Below are positions 9,381 to 19,071 of a DNA stretch of 64,000 nucleotides, piece by piece. Below the pieces are notes generated by a model, which was given only the letters and a program-made list of their open reading frames with translations, was not told where the DNA came from and did not search any database. Every line of letters begins with the position of its first letter. The stretch's first letter is position 1. The DNA is from a virus. Lineage: Duplodnaviria > Caudoviricetes. The position numbers and the translations under genes were made by a program. The stretch lies in IMG/VR virus record IMGVR_UViG_3300045952_000124, positions 1,531 to 65,530 of that record. One strand, 5' to 3'.

Positions 9381-10250
9381 ATGGGGGGGATGAGCGACAT
9401 GGCGGATTTAGTAGTGACGCAGGCGGACTTAGCGCAAGTGTATCAGGGGCTATACCGACCGGGCAACAAGAGGATCGCGGTAGACGGCTACACGGTACTT
9501 GACGGGCTTGACCTGACATTACCAAGCCTGTTCCCTGCGGCATGGGCGGGAGAGCTTGCGGCGGCGGCTGCGCTGCGCGGCAGGAAGGTCGAGAAGAAGG
9601 GGCGCGGACCGGGCAGTTTGGAGGGCGACGAAACGGCGGGCTTGGACTACCGGGTATTGACAATGAGCGGCATAAAGGACGCCTGCCCGTGGCTGTACAT
9701 ACTGTACCAATCGCCGCTCCTGCGGGCGGTCGTAGCGCACGAAGTTGGGGAGCCTGTTGACATAGCGCAGGACGAATGGGCGTTGAACGTCAACCTGCTA
9801 TTAGGCGGCGGCGGGCGGTACGAATGGCACGTTGACGGGCAACCGTACACGCTCCTGCTATACCCGGAGACGTTCTCGCATGAGGAAGGCGGCGCGCTCC
9901 TGTTGGCTCCGGGCATCAACCCGGACGGCACGACGCGGCAGTTGGCGGACTATACGCACAGGTACGCGCAGAAGAAGATCGGCGGGCGGGCGGAGCGCAT
10001 AGACCACTACCCCAATTGGGTGCAGACGGTGCGACCTGTCGCCGGGCGCTGCGTGATCTTCGATGGGAGCAGGATACCGCACGCGGTTGAACCCGTGTTC
10101 GTTGAGCGGAGCCGGGTGAGCGTGCCTATGGTGTACCTGCCCGCCACAGCCGCAGCAGCCGCCGCAGCCGCCGCAGGTCGCGACGATACGCTCTCGGGCT
10201 ATCTGTACGCAGAGCAGGAGCAGGAAGCGGAGCCGGAAGGGGACGCATGA
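9381..10250 (+). CDS. 2OG-Fe(II) oxygenase (HxD...H, hydroxylase type; resembles the BesD/HalD-like clade)
   Basis: YEWHVD, EGGALLL, FDGSRIPHAVEPV, RVSVPMVY jelly-roll motifs. Confidence 0.8.
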   Translation: MGGMSDMADLVVTQADLAQVYQGLYRPGNKRIAVDGYTVLDGLDLTLPSLFPAAWAGELAAAAALRGRKVEKKGRGPGSLEGDETAGLDYRVLTMSGIKDACPWLYILYQSPLLRAVVAHEVGEPVDIAQDEWALNVNLLLGGGGRYEWHVDGQPYTLLLYPETFSHEEGGALLLAPGINPDGTTRQLADYTHRYAQKKIGGRAERIDHYPNWVQTVRPVAGRCVIFDGSRIPHAVEPVFVERSRVSVPMVYLPATAAAAAAAAAGRDDTLSGYLYAEQEQEAEPEGDA

Positions 10251-11083
10251 TACAGGGCAGTTTGGCGCCCGTGCGAATATCGGTCGCGGTGACGCACCAC
10301 CCGGCGCGGGCGCACTGGATAGAGGGCGTAGTCAGTCGCTTCTCGGACGCGGAGCGGCGCGTGTATCCGGTCGTATATGAGGACACGGATAGCCGGGGCT
10401 TGTGGCACATAGCGCGGCAGGCTTGGCTAGGCTACGACCCGCAGGCTGACTATCACATCGTCACAGAGGACGACGTGCTAGCCTGCTCCGGCTTCGTCGG
10501 CATGGCTATTGAGGCGCTTACGGCGTTGACGGCGGCACGGGGCGAGACGCTGCCTGCCTGCTTCTACTGCCCACGCGGAGCGGTCGCGGAAGCGCAGGCA
10601 CGCGGGCATAGCTGGCTTTTGATTGACGACGGCTTTTGGGGGCAAGCTCAGGTATTGCCGACGCGGATGATTGAAGGGATGATTGAATGGGTAGACCGGG
10701 TATGGTTGCCGGGCATAAAGAACCGGGGCGACGCCCGCCCGTGCATGTTTATCATGGAGCAGGGCATGCCCGTGCATGTCAGCGTGCCGTCGCTGGTCGA
10801 GCATGCGGGCTTTGACGCATCGCTAATGGGACACGCGGGCAGGATGGGGTCGCACATTCGCCGGGCGCATCGGCTGATCGGGAAGGGGGAGCGCCCGGAT
10901 TGGGAAGCAGGGCTGCGACCGGGCGAAGTCCTGTACAGGCAATCGGCTTCACTGCGAAGCTACACCGAGAAGTACCGCACGTCGCTTCGCCCGGAGTACG
11001 TGGCATGGGTAGAAGCGGGCAGGGAGGGACTAACTTATGACAACTACCTCACGCAGCACGTCGCCCAAAGCGCCCAATCCTAA
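10247..11083 (+). CDS. GT-A fold glycosyltransferase (GT25-like)
   Basis: ISVAVTHHPAR N-terminus, HIVTEDDV acidic motif, PSLVEH...SLMGH. Confidence 0.7.
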   Translation: MIQGSLAPVRISVAVTHHPARAHWIEGVVSRFSDAERRVYPVVYEDTDSRGLWHIARQAWLGYDPQADYHIVTEDDVLACSGFVGMAIEALTALTAARGETLPACFYCPRGAVAEAQARGHSWLLIDDGFWGQAQVLPTRMIEGMIEWVDRVWLPGIKNRGDARPCMFIMEQGMPVHVSVPSLVEHAGFDASLMGHAGRMGSHIRRAHRLIGKGERPDWEAGLRPGEVLYRQSASLRSYTEKYRTSLRPEYVAWVEAGREGLTYDNYLTQHVAQSAQS

Positions 11084-11864
11084 GCACCTGTACGGCGACG
11101 CTGGCGACCGATACCCGGTTGAGGTTGGCGACGTGTGGCAGATCGGCAAGCACATCCTAGCCTGCGGCGACCTTGAGATGGGCGCGGGCGTTGAGTTCCT
11201 TGCGACGTACGTGCGCGGCGGCAGACCGGACGTGAGCTTCGTTGACCCGCCGTGGAACGCGGGCAACGCGAGAAGCTTCCGCACGAAGGCAGGCGTCGGC
11301 AGGGCAGTCAACTTCTACCGCCTGATAAGCAAAGTATTGGAGACGCTTGCGAAGTCGCGGCGCGACGTGTTCATAGAGATGGGCGTCTCGGAGTGCGACA
11401 ATGTGCGGGCGCGGCTTGAAGAATACGGGGCGCGCCTGCTTGACACATGGGACATAACGTACTACCGCAAGAACCCGTGTCGGCTCCTGTGGGGCACGTT
11501 CACGGGGCAGGCATACCCGCGCCTGTTGGACTGCAACCGACTGGACGACGAAGTAGCCACGCCGAAAGTAATCGCCGCCGCCGCAGGCAGGGGTGATATA
11601 GTCTTTGACCCGTGCATGGGCAGGGGGTTGTCGGCGGTATCGGCGCTCCGGGCAGGGGCGACGGCGGCAGGGCTTGAGTTGAACCCGCGACGGCTAGCGG
11701 TTACTATTGACAAGCTTGCCTCATTAGGGGCAGGGGCGGAGCGCGGGCAGGAGCCGCGCCGGATCGCCGTCCTCTCCTGCATGACAGGGGCGGCAGAAGC
11801 AACCGAAGCAGACAAGGAGCATCCCACCAATGGCAACCCGCACGCAGACGCAGAAGAAGACTAA
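11037..11864 (+). CDS. DNA amino-methyltransferase-like protein (beta arrangement)
   Basis: VEVGDVWQIGKHILACGD, FVDPPWN (motif IV) followed by VFDPCMGRG (motif I) and GLELNP. Confidence 0.8.
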   Translation: MTTTSRSTSPKAPNPKHLYGDAGDRYPVEVGDVWQIGKHILACGDLEMGAGVEFLATYVRGGRPDVSFVDPPWNAGNARSFRTKAGVGRAVNFYRLISKVLETLAKSRRDVFIEMGVSECDNVRARLEEYGARLLDTWDITYYRKNPCRLLWGTFTGQAYPRLLDCNRLDDEVATPKVIAAAAGRGDIVFDPCMGRGLSAVSALRAGATAAGLELNPRRLAVTIDKLASLGAGAERGQEPRRIAVLSCMTGAAEATEADKEHPTNGNPHADAEED

Positions 11865-12747
11865 AGGCAAGGCAGAGGTAGAGCGCAGGTTCGCGAAGCT
11901 GGAGCGCTTGAACGTCATATACGTGCCGATTGACAGCATCAGGTACAACGGCTACAACCCGAACAGGCAGTCAGATCACGACTTTGACCTGCTCTGCAAG
12001 AGCATGGAGGAAGACGGGTTCACGCAGCCGATACTGGTAAACGACGGCAGCACGGCTCCGCAGCACTTGAACGAAATAGTTGACGGAGAACACCGTCACA
12101 GGGCGGCGCGGGTCTTAGGCTACGAAGAAGTGCCAATCGTGTACGTGCCGTTCACTGCGGAGCAGATGCGTATCTCAACGCTCCGGCACAACCGGGCGCG
12201 GGGCAGTGAGGACATGGAGCTATCCGCCGAAGTCCTGCGCGACCTGCAGCGACTAGGCGCGCTTGACATGGCTCAGGACAGCCTCATGATGGACGACATT
12301 GAGATGCAGCACCTATTGGACGACATAGGAGCCGCCGAAGCGCTGGCAAGTGAGGAGTTCTCAACAGCGTGGGAGCCTACTTCGGCGCAGGACACGACGC
12401 TTGACGGCAAGATGAAGCCGGAACACGGCGTCCGGCAAGACAGCATGACGCCGGAAGCAGCCGACGCGATCCGCGAGAACGAACGGCGCATACAGGAAGC
12501 AAAGACCGACGAAGAACGCGCCCTTGCCCGGCGCGACGCCGACCTGTTCCGTATAACGCTCTTGTTCGCCGGAGAGCAAGCCCGCATCGTCCGCGCCGTT
12601 CTCGGCTCCGAAGCCGCGCCCGCCCTGCTCCGGCTCTGCACGGCGGAGTTGGCACGGCTTGAAGCCGAAGCCGCATCCCTGCAGGCGGAGCGCGACGGCT
12701 TGACCATAGAGCAGGCGCAGGAAGAAGCGGCAACCGCCGCCGCGTAG
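11830..12747 (+). CDS. ParB/Srx-domain protein (IbrB-like)
   Basis: NGYNPN, SMEEDGFTQPILV, IVDGEHRHRAA, STLRHNRARG. Confidence 0.9.
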   Translation: MATRTQTQKKTKGKAEVERRFAKLERLNVIYVPIDSIRYNGYNPNRQSDHDFDLLCKSMEEDGFTQPILVNDGSTAPQHLNEIVDGEHRHRAARVLGYEEVPIVYVPFTAEQMRISTLRHNRARGSEDMELSAEVLRDLQRLGALDMAQDSLMMDDIEMQHLLDDIGAAEALASEEFSTAWEPTSAQDTTLDGKMKPEHGVRQDSMTPEAADAIRENERRIQEAKTDEERALARRDADLFRITLLFAGEQARIVRAVLGSEAAPALLRLCTAELARLEAEAASLQAERDGLTIEQAQEEAATAAA

Positions 12748-12860
12748 CCGCGTAGCCGCGTAGCAGCGTAGCATAACACCACAACACAGCAAGCCCGCAG
12801 CAAGCACCAGATGACACAGGAGCGCCGCCGCAGGGCGCGCAGCGCTAACAGGATACAAAC

Positions 12861-13835
12861 ATGGCTACAAGCCCGCAAAATGGCTCTCAATCGCAGGAGC
12901 CTCAACCGCCGCCGACACAAGCGACAGGCTCCGACATTGTGCCAGCGCAACAAAGGTTCGTAGCGAAGCCGGGGCCAGCGCCGGAAGCAGGGACGAAGGT
13001 CTTTGTAGGCGACGCATGGGAGATGCAGGAGTGGGAAACGGAAGCATCGTTCCGGGCGTTCAAGACGTTCCTAGACCTGCCGCGTGGCAAAAGGTCGCTA
13101 GCGGAAGCGTACCGCGTCGCATACGCGAAAGATGCGGGAACCGAGGCAGCGCCCTTCTTGCGGGATTGGGCGCGGCAGAACCTATGGTTTGACCGGGCGC
13201 GGGCGTGGGACAATCACCTGCTGGCGGCGGAGCGCGAAGCGGAAGTTGAAGCGGTCAAGAAGTCGGCTGATAGCAGGGTCGGCGCGTACCGGGCGATGCT
13301 TGGAGCCGGGCTACAAATAATCCGGGCATCGAAGCTTGACGACAAACTGACCGAGTGGCAAGCGCGTCGGTTGCTGCCGACCGCAATCTCTGCGATAAAC
13401 GCCGCCGCCGCAGGCTTGCGGGTAGAAATGGGGGAGCCTGAAAGCATCCTGCAGGCGCGCATCGTCGGAGCGGACGGCACGTCACCCGTTGGCATGAACG
13501 TGCATCACACCGGGATGCCGGAGCAGGGCGACGTAAACGCGCTGATAATGAACATCGGCGCGGTCCTCAACAATGCGACGCCGGAAGAACGGGAGGGCAT
13601 TATCGCGTCGTACCGCACGATTATGGCGGCAAGCACAGCCATGTCGGAGCGGCTATTCCAAGCGGCGAACGGGCTTGACGACCTGTCCGACGCGGGCGAC
13701 TTTGACGGCATGTTGGAGAGCATCGGCTTGCCGACGCCGCAGGAGTTCTCTCCGGCGATGCAGGAGCCGACCCAAGCGCCCGAAGCGGGCGAAGTTACAC
13801 AGGAACAAGGAGGTTACACACATGGCGAACAGTAA
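12861..13835 (+). CDS. terS: Terminase small subunit (probable)
   Basis: WEMQEWETEASFRAFKTFLDL..RSLAEAY...W...W.DRARAWD pattern seen in phage TerS; lies upstream of TerL. Confidence 0.6.
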   Translation: MATSPQNGSQSQEPQPPPTQATGSDIVPAQQRFVAKPGPAPEAGTKVFVGDAWEMQEWETEASFRAFKTFLDLPRGKRSLAEAYRVAYAKDAGTEAAPFLRDWARQNLWFDRARAWDNHLLAAEREAEVEAVKKSADSRVGAYRAMLGAGLQIIRASKLDDKLTEWQARRLLPTAISAINAAAAGLRVEMGEPESILQARIVGADGTSPVGMNVHHTGMPEQGDVNALIMNIGAVLNNATPEEREGIIASYRTIMAASTAMSERLFQAANGLDDLSDAGDFDGMLESIGLPTPQEFSPAMQEPTQAPEAGEVTQEQGGYTHGEQ

Positions 13836-14592
13836 GAAGAAGACGCACTACACGCCGGAGCGGGCGCAAGCCGTGCAGCGTCAACTACTTGAGGATAGCG
13901 TGTACGACCGCGCCGCGCTAATGAGGCGGTACGATAAGCAGAGCGGAGCGGTCAGCATCAAGGGAGTTGGCGAAGTGTACAGCGACCTGCTCCGCGAAGC
14001 CATGAACGAATGGACGCGGGATGAGTGGAACGAACGCTTCCCTCACGTCCCGTGGTACGACGAACAGCCGTCTTCCGATCCGACTGCTCCGCAGGCAGCG
14101 CACAATGCGGACGCGCAGGCAGAGGGCGGGACCGTGTTTGAGAACGCGGACACTAACCCGGCGCTTCGCCCGGACTTCAACGCTAACGAGCCGCGCAAGT
14201 CACCTCAGGAGCGCTCAGAGCATGCTGAACAGGGCAGCAAGCTATTAGCGCCGCCGCAGGAGCAGGTTGACGCGCAGGCGGAGCGCATCGCGGCGGAAGC
14301 CGAAGAAAAAGCGCAGGCGGCAAAGACGATAGGCGGGCTGCTCTCGCCGCGTGTGCTGGAAGTAGCGCGGGCGGTCGTGCGGGAAAGGCAGCGAGGCAAG
14401 CCGAACGACGCGCTTGAAACCCGGCTCCTGCAACTGACCGTCAATTCCCCACTGCACGACGCGGCTATTGAGCAGGCGACGGCGCAGCTTGAACAGGGCA
14501 TCGGCGCGCAGGGCGAGAGCTACTTGGGCGAGAGTTCGGAGCCTGCACCTGCGGCGGCTCCTGCTTCGGAGCCTGCGGAAGAAGGGAGCTAG
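13822..14592 (+). CDS. Hypothetical protein
   Basis: SD AAGGAGG before ATG 13822, in frame with track ORF 13573-14592. Confidence 0.65.
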   Translation: MANSKKKTHYTPERAQAVQRQLLEDSVYDRAALMRRYDKQSGAVSIKGVGEVYSDLLREAMNEWTRDEWNERFPHVPWYDEQPSSDPTAPQAAHNADAQAEGGTVFENADTNPALRPDFNANEPRKSPQERSEHAEQGSKLLAPPQEQVDAQAERIAAEAEEKAQAAKTIGGLLSPRVLEVARAVVRERQRGKPNDALETRLLQLTVNSPLHDAAIEQATAQLEQGIGAQGESYLGESSEPAPAAAPASEPAEEGS

Positions 14593-14596
14593 AAGG

Positions 14597-15280
14597 ATGG
14601 GTAATTACCTGTACACGCAGGACGGGCGCAAGCTTGACCCGGAAGATGTAGCGCGGGCGACTGCGGACCGGGGCGACATGCTGCTGACGACGGCGGACCT
14701 GCCCGCAGGCAGCATACAGCCGGGCGAGACATTCGATTTGGAGCGGGCGTATCGCAACTTCCGGGGCGAGATAGTGAGGCGCAACACGGCGTACGCTCTG
14801 CGAGACGACCGCATGACGAAGCCGGACGCGCAAGCCCTGCTAATCCACATACCGGACGTGTGGGAGCCGGGGCGGGTAGAAGGTTGGTTCAATGACTGCC
14901 TGTTCGCGGACGAAGTAGCCCGGAGCGAAGCGGCTCCAAAGATGTACGTGCCGGGCGACGTGCGGGTTGAGATTACATACCCGGCGCTTCGCGACGTTAC
15001 TGAGGCTGTGCAGGTCGTGTACGTCGCGTGGAAGGGCAAGCTTCGTTGGCTGCATCTTGCAAGCGCGGTCGCGGAGCTAACTATGGACGCCTTGTCGGAC
15101 ATGGACGAAGCCGCCGCCGCAGGGATGAAGGCGGGCGCGTTCTACCTGTGGGTGTTCGCGACGCCTTTCCCGGTCGCCAATAACCCTGTGCCGGGCGACT
15201 TGCGTGGCGGCTTTATACCAACGTCGGCGCTTCGGGGCAGTCTTGCCGACCTGCAGGAAGCGCGACCGCGTTGGCTATAA
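14597..15280 (+). CDS. Hypothetical protein
   Basis: ATG 14597 after GGGAG; in frame with track ORF. Confidence 0.6.
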   Translation: MGNYLYTQDGRKLDPEDVARATADRGDMLLTTADLPAGSIQPGETFDLERAYRNFRGEIVRRNTAYALRDDRMTKPDAQALLIHIPDVWEPGRVEGWFNDCLFADEVARSEAAPKMYVPGDVRVEITYPALRDVTEAVQVVYVAWKGKLRWLHLASAVAELTMDALSDMDEAAAAGMKAGAFYLWVFATPFPVANNPVPGDLRGGFIPTSALRGSLADLQEARPRWL

Positions 15281-17115
15281 ACCGGGTTGACATAAGAGGC
15301 GCAGCCGGAGCAGGAGCCGATGATGCGTACGCCCGGCTGCGTGAGATTATAGCGCTGCAGGAGCGGCGGCGGCAGGCTATGGAGTGGCACTCCTGCTTTG
15401 AGTGGGCGCGTCGCATCGGCGTGCGGACCGAGAGCGGCGAAGTCCTGCACAACCGCGATATGCCGTGGCGCGAACAGCTTTGGCAGGAGACGCACGGGCG
15501 CATCGTTATGGAGAAGCCGACGCAGATCGGCGCGACCACGTTTGAGTACGTGTGGGCGATGCACCGGGCGGCGGTCCGGGGCAATACCGTGATCTACACG
15601 ATGCCAACAGGCTCCGACGTAACGGACTTTATAAAGGGCCGGCTCAACAAAGTAATCGAGTTTACGCCGGAGTTGGCGGCTATGGTCGGCAGAGGTACGC
15701 GGGTCCGCGACAAGATAGACGGCTCCGGCATGAAGTCGTTCGGCAGAGGCATGATCTACTTCCGTGGCACGTTCACAGAACGGGCGGCTATCTCGGTCCC
15801 GGCGCACGCCCGCGTGCATGACGAAGTAGACTTCTCGGTCGCGGAAGTATTGGAGATGTACAGGCGCAGGTTGTCCGCTCTCCCGGCGTCGCAGCATCAG
15901 GAGCTATTCGCAAGCACTCCGACCGTTGAAGGCTTCGGCATAGACAAGTTGCTGCAGGAGAGCGACTATAAGGAATGGCTTGTCAAGTGTCCTAGTTGCG
16001 GCAAGTGGGAGAACGGGTCGCTGGATTACTGGACGCACACGGACGGCGTGCTTCTATTCCTTCAATGCCGCTTCTGCAAACAGAAGCTTGACCCGCGACA
16101 CGGCGCTTGGGTCGCCCGATACCCGGAGCGGAGCAAGAACATTCTGCGGAGCCGGGGCTACAAGATAGTGCGAATGATGGCAGTCCTACCCGATGCGCGG
16201 GGGGAGGAGCTGCTAACCGACCTGCACACGGCGCGGGCTAACGCGCAATTTCAACGGCACTTCTACAACATGGACTTGGGCGTTACATCGTCGGAAGGCA
16301 CGACCGCGCCGACTATGGAGGGCGTGCTAGCTGCCTGCTACTCCGGCTTCCCACATTACGGCATGACGCAAATCCCGGTCGCAGAGACAGGCACGGGGCC
16401 ATACTACGCAGGTGTAGACGTAGGGAGCGAATTGAACGTTTGGGTAGCGCGCTGCGACCCGTACAAAGACGGGAAGCGCATGCGGTTGGTGTACGCGGAC
16501 AGGCTATCCGACCCGTCGCGTGGTAGCGGGGCTTGGGGCGAGATCCAACAGAGCGGCAAGCCGGGGCTAGCGGGCATCATGCAGCGCTTCGGGATACGCA
16601 AGCTAGTGATAGACGGGATGCCGGAGAGCGCATTGTCGCACGACTTCGCGCAGAGGTTCCCCGGCAGGGTGCTTGTGTGCTACTATAGAGAAAACCAACG
16701 GGCGGAAGTTAGCGCATCGTCGGATGTGATACGGCGGGCGACGGGCATTGAAGCAGGCGCAACGGATAACGCGGAGCGGTTTGACGTGAACGTAGACAGG
16801 ACCGAAAGTCTTGACCGCACGATAGGCGAGATATTAGGCGGCGGCTGGATGTTTCCGGGCGAACCGCCCGTGCTGCATCGCGAAGTCGAAGAAAGCATAA
16901 TGCACCTTACGAACCTGCTCCGCAAGCCGGAAGACCAGAAGCGCAACGGCTTGATTGTAGGCACGGTGTACAGATGGAGCCACAGAGGACCGGACCACTA
17001 CGCGCACGCCGCGAATTACTGCCGGATAGCCCGCGATGAGGACCGCCGCCTGTCCGCAATCAACCCGCCGTCAACCGCTCCGATAGGGATAACGGGCGTC
17101 AACTTCGCACGGTAG
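15271..17115 (+). CDS. terL: Terminase large subunit (lambda GpA-like)
   Basis: MEKPTQIGATT (Walker A variant), VHDEVD (Walker B), ASTPT, CPSC..CRFC Zn ribbon, AGVDVG, VIDGMP, DHYAHA nuclease motifs. Confidence 0.9.
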   Translation: MAINRVDIRGAAGAGADDAYARLREIIALQERRRQAMEWHSCFEWARRIGVRTESGEVLHNRDMPWREQLWQETHGRIVMEKPTQIGATTFEYVWAMHRAAVRGNTVIYTMPTGSDVTDFIKGRLNKVIEFTPELAAMVGRGTRVRDKIDGSGMKSFGRGMIYFRGTFTERAAISVPAHARVHDEVDFSVAEVLEMYRRRLSALPASQHQELFASTPTVEGFGIDKLLQESDYKEWLVKCPSCGKWENGSLDYWTHTDGVLLFLQCRFCKQKLDPRHGAWVARYPERSKNILRSRGYKIVRMMAVLPDARGEELLTDLHTARANAQFQRHFYNMDLGVTSSEGTTAPTMEGVLAACYSGFPHYGMTQIPVAETGTGPYYAGVDVGSELNVWVARCDPYKDGKRMRLVYADRLSDPSRGSGAWGEIQQSGKPGLAGIMQRFGIRKLVIDGMPESALSHDFAQRFPGRVLVCYYRENQRAEVSASSDVIRRATGIEAGATDNAERFDVNVDRTESLDRTIGEILGGGWMFPGEPPVLHREVEESIMHLTNLLRKPEDQKRNGLIVGTVYRWSHRGPDHYAHAANYCRIARDEDRRLSAINPPSTAPIGITGVNFAR

Positions 17116-17157
17116 CAGGACAGGAGCGCAGGGCAGGAGCAGGAGCAGGAGGTAGGC

Positions 17158-19071
17158 ATGGACACAACAGCGCAGGAGCATGAGCCGCCGCAGGCGACAG
17201 AAGTTCGCAACCGCCCTCTGTCGCCGGAGCAGGTCGCGGCGATAATAGACTTCAACCCGGACGAAGAAGCGCGGGCGGCGGCTCCGGGCATCGGGCAAGC
17301 GATGCGCCCCTTCCTGTCGCCGGGCAGGGAAGTCGAGACGGTTGACCCCCACAAGTTCTACATGCAGGGCATGGGGCTTGCGTCCGTGCCGCGCCAACCC
17401 GGTCGCGAAATAGACCTGTTGAAAATGCTCAAGTTGCTCCGCACGTACGACGCGGACGCAGCCGCAGCCGTGACGACAGCGCTCCGCATCGCCAATTCCG
17501 GGCATACGGTAGAAGTGCTGACACGCGACGGCGCTGCTCACCCGGAAGGCACGACCCGCGTCAACACGCTTGCGAAACGGGTATGGGAGCCGGGCGGCGG
17601 CGGCACAGATGCGCTTGTAAACTGTCTCAACCTGTCTCAAATGACCTACGGCGGCACGGGCATAGACGTTGCTCCGCTTCCTAGCCTAATGGAAGTGAGG
17701 GACGCATACCCGTTTACGCCTGCTGAGATAGACTTCCGCACGGTGTTCAACGAAGCGACGCAGGAGCCGGAGCAGGTCGCGTACCCACGCGAGACGATAC
17801 CCGGCAGGGACGCCGCGCCGATAAACATGAATCAGGTGCGATACCTGCCGATTGACGCGGAGCCTGACGACCCGTACGGCACGCCCCAAATCCTGCCCGG
17901 AGTATCGTCGCTGATCGGTCTAATATCTCTGCTGCATGAGGTGCAGTCGGTCGCGAAGATCGCCGGGTATGGGCAGCGCGACGTTGTGATAAGCGAAGCG
18001 GCGGCAAAGGCGTCGGCTCCGGCATACCTGCACCAACCCGGCAGCGAAGCGGGCATGTCATCCTACTTGACCGCGCTCCGCAAAGAGATAGAGAAGGCGA
18101 TAAAGGATATTAGGGCGACCGACGCTTACGTGCATTATGACAACCTTGTGGTCAACACGACGCAGCCTAGCGTCCGGGGCATACCGCTTGACCCTGTAAT
18201 GCTGCAGTACGGTCGGCGCATTGTGACGGGCCTCAAGACGATGCCGTTCCTGTTAGGAGCCGCAGAGGGAACGCAGACCCAAAGCACGGTGCAGTGGCAG
18301 GTGTACGCGATTGGCCTGCAGACCATGACCAACAACACGGAGCGGTTGTTGGAGTTCATGTACAACGTAGCGCTTACGCTGTGGGGAATAGACGCCCACG
18401 CGAATGTAACGTTCAACCCGATACGCAAAACGGACCGGGTAATGGACGCAAGCGCGCAGGCGTCGGAGGACACCAATTCGTACAATCGCTACTATTGGGG
18501 CATAGACTCACACAAGACGTTCGCGAACAGGGTCGCGGAGCATGACCCGGAAGGACCGCCGCCGCCGACTGCGGCTGACGTGTTCGCGGCAGGCCAATTC
18601 GCTTCGCTGTTCCCGGCTTCGGAGATAGGCGGAGAGATACCGGACGCGCCCGGCACGATAGCGCCCGCGACGCCTGCAGAGGGAACGGCGCAGCCCGGCA
18701 CGGACGCCGGAGTGACGGCGGAAGAAGGCGCTGCGCTGGACGGCATAAGCACGGGCGCGGGCGCTCCTGCACCTGCGGACGCTGCCAACGTCGCGCCTGC
18801 ACCTGCGTTGCCTGCGGCGGCTCCGGCTCCGGCTCCGGCTCCTGCCCCGAGACGATACAAGCGGGCAACCGAAGTGCTTGACGACGGCACGGTTGTGCCG
18901 GACTTGGGCGAGAACGCCGCCGACGTGTTAGGCAAGGACATAGTTGAGGATACCCGCAACACGCTCCGCGATCTTGGCGCGTCAGAGCTAATCAACTTCC
19001 TAGACGCCGGGCTTGACGAAGCGATTGAAGCGGCGCAGGAGCAGGAGCAGGCAGAGGACGAAGCGGAATGA
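17158..19071 (+). CDS. Portal protein with long Pro/Ala/acidic C-terminal tail
   Basis: Directly after TerL; DDPYGTPQI motif; helical core; size. Confidence 0.75.
   Translation: MDTTAQEHEPPQATEVRNRPLSPEQVAAIIDFNPDEEARAAAPGIGQAMRPFLSPGREVETVDPHKFYMQGMGLASVPRQPGREIDLLKMLKLLRTYDADAAAAVTTALRIANSGHTVEVLTRDGAAHPEGTTRVNTLAKRVWEPGGGGTDALVNCLNLSQMTYGGTGIDVAPLPSLMEVRDAYPFTPAEIDFRTVFNEATQEPEQVAYPRETIPGRDAAPINMNQVRYLPIDAEPDDPYGTPQILPGVSSLIGLISLLHEVQSVAKIAGYGQRDVVISEAAAKASAPAYLHQPGSEAGMSSYLTALRKEIEKAIKDIRATDAYVHYDNLVVNTTQPSVRGIPLDPVMLQYGRRIVTGLKTMPFLLGAAEGTQTQSTVQWQVYAIGLQTMTNNTERLLEFMYNVALTLWGIDAHANVTFNPIRKTDRVMDASAQASEDTNSYNRYYWGIDSHKTFANRVAEHDPEGPPPPTAADVFAAGQFASLFPASEIGGEIPDAPGTIAPATPAEGTAQPGTDAGVTAEEGAALDGISTGAGAPAPADAANVAPAPALPAAAPAPAPAPAPRRYKRATEVLDDGTVVPDLGENAADVLGKDIVEDTRNTLRDLGASELINFLDAGLDEAIEAAQEQEQAEDEAE

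Noticed and set aside
9381-10250. Oxygenase as a BesD-type halogenase or TET/JBP
   Set aside because: It has HxD rather than the HxG/A of halogenases, and I do not recognise TET/JBP-specific motifs.
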